From Candidatus Latescibacterota bacterium (GTDB lineage: Bacteria; Latescibacterota; UBA2968; UBA8231), in NCBI GenBank assembly GCA_965203175.1, contig OZ241867.1, forward strand, positions 1,440,001-1,504,000: a stretch of 64,000 nt of DNA, given 5' to 3'. Positions 30,227-37,885 of this stretch are shown piece by piece. The translations under genes were made by a program, and so were the position numbers. Below the pieces are notes generated by a model that ran no database searches, had not been told where the DNA came from, and saw only the letters and a list, made by a program, of their open reading frames with translations. How positions within the stretch are numbered: position 1 is the stretch's first letter; each line of letters begins with the position of its first letter.

Positions 30227-31893
30227 CCCCCCTTCACGTCTTCTTCCTCCTCTTGAATTTTCAACAAGTTATCCTCGAAAATTTCGACCGAGTACTTCTT
30301 GTGTAACCCGCGCATATACTGCACGTACGCCTTTTGCGAACGTGCAATTTTCACATAAGCCCGCGCGCGTCGCTCTGAAAAAACATGGTAGGGCTTCTTG
30401 GGGGCCGGTTGCTTCTCCTCCACCTTGAATACCGAATACCCTCCTCTCACCTTTACCGGTCCCCCGACATCCCCCACCTGCAGATCTTTGGCTACTTTGT
30501 AGATGTCTTGGTACAGCCCAATCGGACTCAAGACCAACCGCCCCTCGTGGTGCGCCCGCTCCTTGCGAATCGTATAGTCCCTAGCCAACTGCATCGCGTC
30601 GGCACCCCCCACCAACTCCTCTTTCAGGCTGTGGGCCTGCTCCTTAAAGGCCACCAGAATCTCGGTCGCGACAATGTTCTCAAAGCCCTGAAACTTCTCG
30701 GGATTTTGATCGTAAAAGGCGCGCGCCTCTGCATCGGTGATCGGCGGCAGCCGCTCCTCAACCTCTCGCTTTCTCAACGCGCTCACCAGCATATCGCTGC
30801 GCTTATTGTCCACCGCCGCGAGGATTATCTGATGTTTATCCAGTCCCTTGTTGCGGGCCTCTGCCATAAACATCCGATTGGGGATGGCCGAATCCTGTAG
30901 ATAATCGACGATCCAGGTTCGCTTGTAATCGCGCGCATACCCCTCTGCTTTTTCCGGTGCGCTCAGGACAAAATCGTCAATGGTGAGCGCGCCGCCGTTG
31001 TAGCTGCACAATACCTCTTCGCCCTCCTCAGGCGACGCCACCCGCTCTTCAGGCGACAGCGCTAGGCGCATCAGCACGTGGTCTATCTTGTCGTAGTGAA
31101 TTTGCGGCGAGTACTGGTCGCTGAGCGAATCGCGCAGACCTTGGGCGCGCTGTAGGCGCTTTTGGGCGAAAACCTCCTCCTTGACGAATTGGGCTACCTC
31201 CCGAAAGGTGACTGGAGCGTCGTCTAAAACCTTGGCGATCAAGTAGCGCTGCGGGTCGCCGCCCCATGGCAGCGGCTCGGAAACCTCGCCGACCTGCATG
31301 GAAAAGATTATCCGCAGCGGTGGAGCCGTATCGTCAATCGTATAGTACTTTTTTACATCCCCGCCCTGGTCCCGCGTCGCCTCGTAAAGCGAGTGCTCTC
31401 TGGCCAGTTGACTGAAATCAGCGCCAGCCTCTAGTTCGTCGAGCAGGTCGAGGGCCTCGTCTCGGGTCGCTACCAAAATACCCGCATAGCGCAATGCGCG
31501 ATCCCGATGCGAATCCCGGTAGTGCTGCATCAACTCCTCTTCGACAATGGAAATCCGCTGATCAATCTCGATACTTCTGTAGAGCCTGACGGTCTGCTCC
31601 TCGGCGAACTGCTTGAGCTTGTGCTTAAATTCCCGTTCGTCGCCAATGCCAGCTCGTTCCGCCTCGGCGAGCAATAGTTTCTTGTCGATCAGTCCATTGA
31701 GTAGAATCCGATCGGCCTCGACACCGGTCTTACCCATCTGGTAGGCTTTGGGAATATTCGCCGCATAGGCTCTGAACTCGCCGACGGCGATGGGTTGGTC
31801 TGCTATCTGGGCGAGCACTAGATCGTCTTGGGCTACACAGGGAAGCCAGAGCCCTAGGATGCAAACGCCTGAGCGCAGTATTCCATTCTTCAT
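30223..31893 (-). CDS. Double-parvulin PPIase/chaperone (SurA/PrsA-like)
   Basis: GADFSQLAREHS..GGD, VGEVSEP and GPVK..GYSVFKV motifs; signal peptide; 4-nt overlap with the next gene. Confidence 0.85.
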   Translation of the reverse strand: MKNGILRSGVCILGLWLPCVAQDDLVLAQIADQPIAVGEFRAYAANIPKAYQMGKTGVEADRILLNGLIDKKLLLAEAERAGIGDEREFKHKLKQFAEEQTVRLYRSIEIDQRISIVEEELMQHYRDSHRDRALRYAGILVATRDEALDLLDELEAGADFSQLAREHSLYEATRDQGGDVKKYYTIDDTAPPLRIIFSMQVGEVSEPLPWGGDPQRYLIAKVLDDAPVTFREVAQFVKEEVFAQKRLQRAQGLRDSLSDQYSPQIHYDKIDHVLMRLALSPEERVASPEEGEEVLCSYNGGALTIDDFVLSAPEKAEGYARDYKRTWIVDYLQDSAIPNRMFMAEARNKGLDKHQIILAAVDNKRSDMLVSALRKREVEERLPPITDAEARAFYDQNPEKFQGFENIVATEILVAFKEQAHSLKEELVGGADAMQLARDYTIRKERAHHEGRLVLSPIGLYQDIYKVAKDLQVGDVGGPVKVRGGYSVFKVEEKQPAPKKPYHVFSERRARAYVKIARSQKAYVQYMRGLHKKYSVEIFEDNLLKIQEEEEDVKGG

Positions 31894-31918
31894 AAATCTA
31901 AAACCATAGTTTGTAGGG

Positions 31919-33841
31919 TTAATAAACTAGCCGCACAACTGCGACTTCGACATCCTTGGCCTTGTCTGAATCCACTTCGAGACGCAAGAGATAGAGTCCG
32001 GGGGGTAGCAGGTTGCCCGCATCGTCCACGCCCTCCCAAGTAGCCGAAAACCGGCCACTGGCCGCTGTACTATGGGCCACCTCGCATCGCTTCACTCCCG
32101 CCAGATCGTAGAGATTGATCGTCACGGGCACATCACCGCTGAGGTTTACCAGATCGTATTCAATTTGTAGCACATCGTTGACGCCATCGCCGTTGGGAGT
32201 GAAAAGCCGCGGCGCGAGCCACAATGCCTTGACCGCTGGATTGGCCACCGTACTCAACCCGACACTTAGGGTATTGCTCTCGGCCAGATCATCGGCGTTC
32301 CCCGCCGTGATGCGCTGGCGCACTTCATGGGGGAGTTGGCTGTCGAAGACCCGGCCCGAAAACACCGTGCCCACCTGAAAGACCTCGGCCTGAAATTCGA
32401 CCTCGACCAACTCGCCCGTGCGGTTGAGATCAATTCGCGGTACTTGTACCACAAAGCTCTTCGCGTCTCTTTCCGCGATGGTAAAATCCTGTTCTTCGCC
32501 GCCAATGTACACTGCGTCAATGCTCGTGACCTCTATGGGGGTGTCGATCTCAATGCTGTCGAAGCCGAGATCACTCTGCTCTAAGTTGGGCAGGATTTTG
32601 TAGATGAATTGGACGACCTCGCCCACCTCGACTTGGTGCGGAACGATCTCGGCCAACACTTGGCTGGCCACCGGGGGTTGGGAGACATTAAACTGCAAGT
32701 ACTCCATGCGTCCGGCCGCAAGGGCTCGCTCCGAGAGGAAGTCCGCCTTGAACTGCAAGTAGCGCCGAGGCCGTGAACCCACTAATTCGGAATGGCCCCG
32801 ATCGAAATCGAGCGGCGGCGTCCAGAACTCCCAACTTTCGTTATCCGGACTAATCCCGGCTTTCTCGCCTTCCTCCAGTCTTTTATAGCGGTCTAGGGTG
32901 AGCGGTTCGCCGCTGACTGCAAAGCGAGAGCGCTCGTCGCCTCTGAACGTGAAGCGCCAATAGAAATTGGGATCCGTGTCGTCGCCGCTGCGCATGCTCA
33001 GATTGACCGTTGCGCCCTGATCTCGGCTGCCCGACCAAGTCAACTCACCTAGGCTAGAAGCCATGCCCAAATCAATGACATTGGATATATAGCTGGCCTG
33101 CGAGGCAAAGCCATCCCCGAAGATCTCAAATTCGGCGATCTCCCAATTGCCAATGGGTGCCTTAAAAAGAATTTCGGCAATGGGCCGGTCGGGCAGTTCC
33201 AAATCGAGAAAGGGCTCCAAATTATTGGCAACCGAGAACACGACATCGTAATCGAGAAAAGCCCCGCGCCAATGGTATCGCCCTTCTCGAGTTCCCTTTT
33301 TGCGCGAATCGCCATCGTTAGTGCCTATCTCGAACACCTCGATGAAGCGCTGGTGAGCAAAGCGCTCCGTGGTGGAAATTTTGATGCGGCGGATGGGAAA
33401 CAGTCCTTTTAACTCAAACCAGATGCCCTTCTTGCACGGCGAGCAGTCGGCCGACTGGCTGCGGCCACTTCCCAAATAAGCAGTGGTCAGATCCCCGTCC
33501 ATCAAGAAGTCTAAGAGGGCTTCCGATTGCCAACCGTAGGAATTGTTCGAGCGTATGCCGCCGCCCCGTTCCCGAATCAGGGGCGTCAGATTGACGGCGG
33601 GGTCTAGGCGCTGAGGCTCGATAGAATGGGGCGCGACCTCCAAGAGGTCTATCCTACCGAGCTGTTTTTCGTCCACATCAGCCCAAGACAACTGGATAAA
33701 TTCAAAGTCCCCATCCACTTCCGGCGGCGGCAGCTCCTCGCCGCCGATGCGATACACGGTGAGCGCCTCGACCGCAGCTAGCCCATAGCAAAAGCTCCCT
33801 ACTAGAGCAGCCGACAAAAGTCGCAGCAAATTCCCTCTCAT
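31919..33841 (-). CDS. Secreted protein with discoidin-like domain and FlgD-Ig/CHU_C-like tail
   Basis: DGDLTTAY, EIAEFEIFG, FTPNGDGVND...YDLAG...WEG..PPGLY motifs. Confidence 0.8.
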   Translation of the reverse strand: MRGNLLRLLSAALVGSFCYGLAAVEALTVYRIGGEELPPPEVDGDFEFIQLSWADVDEKQLGRIDLLEVAPHSIEPQRLDPAVNLTPLIRERGGGIRSNNSYGWQSEALLDFLMDGDLTTAYLGSGRSQSADCSPCKKGIWFELKGLFPIRRIKISTTERFAHQRFIEVFEIGTNDGDSRKKGTREGRYHWRGAFLDYDVVFSVANNLEPFLDLELPDRPIAEILFKAPIGNWEIAEFEIFGDGFASQASYISNVIDLGMASSLGELTWSGSRDQGATVNLSMRSGDDTDPNFYWRFTFRGDERSRFAVSGEPLTLDRYKRLEEGEKAGISPDNESWEFWTPPLDFDRGHSELVGSRPRRYLQFKADFLSERALAAGRMEYLQFNVSQPPVASQVLAEIVPHQVEVGEVVQFIYKILPNLEQSDLGFDSIEIDTPIEVTSIDAVYIGGEEQDFTIAERDAKSFVVQVPRIDLNRTGELVEVEFQAEVFQVGTVFSGRVFDSQLPHEVRQRITAGNADDLAESNTLSVGLSTVANPAVKALWLAPRLFTPNGDGVNDVLQIEYDLVNLSGDVPVTINLYDLAGVKRCEVAHSTAASGRFSATWEGVDDAGNLLPPGLYLLRLEVDSDKAKDVEVAVVRLVY

Positions 33842-33872
33842 TATCTACTTCCTACACCGGTAGATGATCTAG

Positions 33873-33918
33873 ATAATAAATAAAAGAAGGGGAGGAATAG
33901 AATTCCCCCCCTTCTTTA
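33873..33918 (-). terminator. Rho-independent terminator after 33947..34867
   Basis: Stem AAAGAAGGGG(A)GGAAT/ATTCCCCCCCTTCTTT followed by a U-rich tail on the minus strand. Confidence 0.75.
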
Positions 33919-33946
33919 TGAGGCGCTTATGCGGCGCAAGAACCGC

Positions 33947-34867
33947 TTACTTGCCGAATGAAGCCTTGATCTGGCCCCAAGTGTTGTCTTCAACGGCTGT
34001 GGGCTCGATACCTTCAAAGGCGGACTCGTCAACGCCCAGCATCACCCAATCGGCAAAGAAATCAGCGTCGCCGAAGGACTCGACGTTGGGACCGATAGCC
34101 CAGCGCGAATGGCAGTTACAATCGTCGGATAGCTCGGCATCAGTATCGAAGACGTGCCCTGTAAGGCCGATGATCTCGTCCTGCTGGAAGTCGTGGAGGA
34201 CGCTTCCGGCGGGATCTTCCCAGTTGAAGTCGTCCCAATAGACGCTCCACCATTCGGCCCGTTGGCGCATCTCCTCAAAGGAATTGGGAGCCGTGCCGCT
34301 AAACCAATAGGCGTGATCGGAGTACGGCGGCGTGTCGTACCAGGTAGCCTGGGTCATCCAGAACCAGTTCCACTCTCCTTCACGGGCTTGGCCATTGTCG
34401 AACCAATAGTGGCTGATTTGGGCATGGCGACCGCGCTGGCGTGCCTTCTCCTCGTCGGTTTGGCCTTCCAGATCCCAGAAGGAGCCGCCCGAGTGATCGG
34501 CGTCCACAGTCGTTTCGATCGACTCGTTGCCCAACTGGTACTTGTCGTCGAAGCGCTCGTAGGCCCAGTAGATGCGGTTGGTTTCCTCGTTCCAAGTGGG
34601 AATCCAGCGGAAGGAAATCGAGGACACGTCCAAATCGCCGGTGTAGATCCACGCCCGAGTCGTGCTCTGTACGACGTTCTGCTCGGTGATCCAAAATTCC
34701 TCGGGAATGATATCCCACTCGCTCAGATCGGCATCTAAGACCGGCAAGTGAGTCTCAGGCCATTGCCACACCGCGCCGATAAAATCGGGCGGATCGTGGG
34801 CTTGTACCTGGGAGTTCAAGCCAAGCAAAAGCACGGGGGTAAATAAGACGGATAAAACTTTCTTCAA
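33947..34867 (-). CDS. Secreted CBM9/DOMON-like protein with TWGQIK tail
   Basis: TTG start after AAGGAGG; PVLDADLSEW, WNEETNRIYW..DD and VDADHSGG motifs; ends TAVEDNTWGQIKASFGK. Confidence 0.7.
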   Translation of the reverse strand: MKKVLSVLFTPVLLLGLNSQVQAHDPPDFIGAVWQWPETHLPVLDADLSEWDIIPEEFWITEQNVVQSTTRAWIYTGDLDVSSISFRWIPTWNEETNRIYWAYERFDDKYQLGNESIETTVDADHSGGSFWDLEGQTDEEKARQRGRHAQISHYWFDNGQAREGEWNWFWMTQATWYDTPPYSDHAYWFSGTAPNSFEEMRQRAEWWSVYWDDFNWEDPAGSVLHDFQQDEIIGLTGHVFDTDAELSDDCNCHSRWAIGPNVESFGDADFFADWVMLGVDESAFEGIEPTAVEDNTWGQIKASFGK

Positions 34868-34929
34868 AGCGACCCTCCTTCTTAGAGGTGTGAGGTTTTG
34901 CAGGTTTATGTACTTGATTTCTACGCTTC

Positions 34930-34960
34930 TGTAATTAATAAAAATAGACTATAAGGTCAA
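34930..34960 (-). promoter_or_regulatory. Probable internal sigma70 promoter
   Basis: TTGACC followed by an AT-rich TATTAATTA region on the minus strand. Confidence 0.45.
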
Positions 34961-34967
34961 GCAAAAA

Positions 34968-37883
34968 TCACTTTAAGCCGGCGATAATCGACAGAAAACT
35001 CAAGCCCGAGGTCTCGATTTCTCGGCTCCGGTCAACTACCTCTATCGAGCGGCGGTCGAGGCGGATGCCCACTTGAGTAGTTAGCTCATACCCTAAGTAT
35101 TGGCTGATATTGGTGAGTTGAAGCGCCAAAACCGAGCCGCGAAAATCCCCGGTGAACAGCCCCTCCTCCAACTCATCTTCTCCTTCGAGGTCGAAGAAAG
35201 AGCGCTGCTCCAAGCCGAACTCGAACTCGGTGGTCTCAAGCACGGGGATGCTGCCGACAAAGAAAAAGAGGCCGTCCCAAGAGCGCCGCTCGTCGAATGC
35301 TCGGCTAAAGGGCACCTCGCGCAGAAATTCGCTCTTGAATTTGGGCCTGAGACTCAGCGACCGCCAAGAAAAGACATATTCTATCTTATTGATCAGCCCG
35401 ACAAAGCCCGAGGTCTGTCGCCCATTGCGCCCCTCGGGGCCCAGCGGGTCAAAGTCCACCACAGAATCGCCGGCCTCATCCGATGCGTCGCGCAAAAATT
35501 CGACCTCGCTGGCGCGCTGCCGCCAAGTCTCCCACTTAAAGCGATGCAGGGTCTGCCACAAATGCGGGCTAGAGTACTCCCAATCGACGTAAAAAGTGTT
35601 GATCCAAGTGTTCTCCGCAGCTAGGGGATCCAATACCGGCACATTGCTGCCAGCCGACTCGGACGCCGCGCCGAATGTGCTCCTAGGGATGATCCATTGC
35701 ACCAAGTGGTCGGCGATCGCGTCTTCGGCCTTCTTAACCATGTCGAAAATCCGCAGACGGCCCCACCGCGACCCGCTCTGCTCCAAGATGAACATTCCAT
35801 AGCTAGTCAGATTGCGGTGGTCGGTTGCCAAGCGGATTTGCCGCAATTGACCTACCCGTAGCTGGATACCCGGTGCCACCTCGATCCCGCCGAAGACGTT
35901 GTACCCCCAGTGATCTCGCTTGTAGGGATAGTCCGGCTCTTGATCGTTCTCAAAGCGCTCCACCCACCTATTGTTGTTGAGATCAATGCCGAAGAGAAAT
36001 TCCGGGCGATCCGCGGCATAGCGCAAAAAAGGCTCGTCGTAGTCGGGGAAAAAATTTACCCGATCGACGGTGCTATTCTGATTGAAATCCGATATGAAGT
36101 CGCGATTCTCGTCATAACCGGGGAAAACCGCCGGATCGGACACGCCGCGGACCTCGATTTCGCGGCGGCGCTCGGTGGGGACAAAGCTGCCCTCGCCCAC
36201 CCGCAGCCAGTCGGGCTGCCGGTCGTTGTCGTCGTTGTCATCTACAAATTCGTAGTGCAGGTTGACGGCCTCGGGGGCGTAGTCCGACACCCCGTCTCGA
36301 TTGACGGTCAGGACGCTGGTGCGGTACCCATTTTCCATACCAAATCCCTCGCCCCTAAAGCTCCAAGGCCCCTCCCGGAAGGCCAAATTGACCAACCATC
36401 CTACTTCATGGGAATCCCCCTCAATGCCGCTGATCGCACGATGGGAATCGCGACCTATGCTGGGGTATTTTCGGTACTGGGTATTGAGGTTTATTTCTCC
36501 GTAAAAATCGAAGCCGTGAAAATCCCGCACCTCGGCCGTCAGACCGACGATCTGGTTGGCCGTAGGTAGCCCATAGTCGAAGACGACCTCGCGCTGATTC
36601 AGTTGGTTCTTGATATTGCCATCGGCCCGCGCCACAGGTAAAAATTGCGGCACGTTAAATTTGTCCGTCTGCCTATTGGAACTGACCCCGACGCGGTAAT
36701 CGTTGGCTAGCACGAGGCGAAAGCGCACGTCTCGAATGGCGCTAATCGCGGCTTCGGCCTCAGATAGGGTGAGATCTAGGTGTTGCTGGAAGAGCGCACG
36801 CAAGGTTCCCTCTTCCCCCGTCGTCTCCCTAGGAGCCAAGTGATATTGCAAAATGATCTGGTCGGCACCATCGGCCGTTAGAAATCCCCGGTCTATCTTC
36901 CCTCCCGCAATGGTCGGTCTAAAGCCGATACTGCTGCTGAGGATGACGGTATCCCGCTCCACGTGAACTAGCCGGTCCCCAATCATCTCCTGACGGCTTA
37001 GGGTAGTGCGGATCTCGATCTCCTCGCTAACCAAGACGGCACCACCTTCGCCATCTTCTGGCGAGTCGTCCGAGAGCCGTACCAAGAGCAGATCAACTCG
37101 CTGAGCCAGTTGCCCCGCCGTCAGGGCACCCTTGAACACATTCCCTTGGAAGCTCTCGTTGCTGCCGGTGTTGTTGTGGCTGTTGACGAAGTTCATCCCC
37201 AACGTAAAAGAATCAGTCAAGTCGGCTTCAACTCGACCCGCGGTGAGGTTGGTAGCGTACTGGAAACGCGCGGTGCCCCCCGAAAGGAGCGGGAACGAAA
37301 TCCGCGAGAAAAGCCCCGTAGCGCGAAAGCGGTCTGCGGCAAAGTCAGCTACTACCCCGTTAAACCCCGCCTTGCGGAAAGTCATCGGCGTTAGGGTAGT
37401 CCATATCTCGTCTCCGACCATCACCGAATAGCGGTACTGGCCTTTGGAGTCCCCAGATATGACCAAGCGACTAAACCAGTTGTTGTACGGAGCACTTTTC
37501 CTGATGGAGGAACTCTCGGCGATCAGTGGTTTTGTCTGGCGCCAGTCGTACACCAGCCAGCCTCGCGTAATGAGGCGCCCGAAGGGATCGTAGAAGAGAT
37601 CCCCCTCTGACGCGGGGTTGATATAGCGCCTGTGGGCTTGGCGGGCGTAGTTGGTGTACTCCCACTGATTGCGGCCAAATTCGCCAAACAGGGGGGCCGG
37701 TATGTACCAGCGCTGCACAGTCGGATCCAGCGCCTCCATATAAGTAGTTACGCCGGGCACGTGGTAAATGACGCGGTCTCCCACCCGATCCCCTAGACGG
37801 CCCCCGTAGTCGACTTGCGCAGCGGCAACCCCCCACAGACCCAACCCGGCTAAGGCAGCCAATGTGATGTAACGCGCCTTCAT
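34968..37883 (-). CDS. Large secreted hypothetical protein, paralog B (possible outer-membrane beta-barrel)
   Basis: Signal peptide; collinear homology with 37886..40669; amphipathic strands at the C-terminus. Confidence 0.75.
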   Translation of the reverse strand: MKARYITLAALAGLGLWGVAAAQVDYGGRLGDRVGDRVIYHVPGVTTYMEALDPTVQRWYIPAPLFGEFGRNQWEYTNYARQAHRRYINPASEGDLFYDPFGRLITRGWLVYDWRQTKPLIAESSSIRKSAPYNNWFSRLVISGDSKGQYRYSVMVGDEIWTTLTPMTFRKAGFNGVVADFAADRFRATGLFSRISFPLLSGGTARFQYATNLTAGRVEADLTDSFTLGMNFVNSHNNTGSNESFQGNVFKGALTAGQLAQRVDLLLVRLSDDSPEDGEGGAVLVSEEIEIRTTLSRQEMIGDRLVHVERDTVILSSSIGFRPTIAGGKIDRGFLTADGADQIILQYHLAPRETTGEEGTLRALFQQHLDLTLSEAEAAISAIRDVRFRLVLANDYRVGVSSNRQTDKFNVPQFLPVARADGNIKNQLNQREVVFDYGLPTANQIVGLTAEVRDFHGFDFYGEINLNTQYRKYPSIGRDSHRAISGIEGDSHEVGWLVNLAFREGPWSFRGEGFGMENGYRTSVLTVNRDGVSDYAPEAVNLHYEFVDDNDDNDRQPDWLRVGEGSFVPTERRREIEVRGVSDPAVFPGYDENRDFISDFNQNSTVDRVNFFPDYDEPFLRYAADRPEFLFGIDLNNNRWVERFENDQEPDYPYKRDHWGYNVFGGIEVAPGIQLRVGQLRQIRLATDHRNLTSYGMFILEQSGSRWGRLRIFDMVKKAEDAIADHLVQWIIPRSTFGAASESAGSNVPVLDPLAAENTWINTFYVDWEYSSPHLWQTLHRFKWETWRQRASEVEFLRDASDEAGDSVVDFDPLGPEGRNGRQTSGFVGLINKIEYVFSWRSLSLRPKFKSEFLREVPFSRAFDERRSWDGLFFFVGSIPVLETTEFEFGLEQRSFFDLEGEDELEEGLFTGDFRGSVLALQLTNISQYLGYELTTQVGIRLDRRSIEVVDRSREIETSGLSFLSIIAGLK

Positions 37884-37885
37884 CC

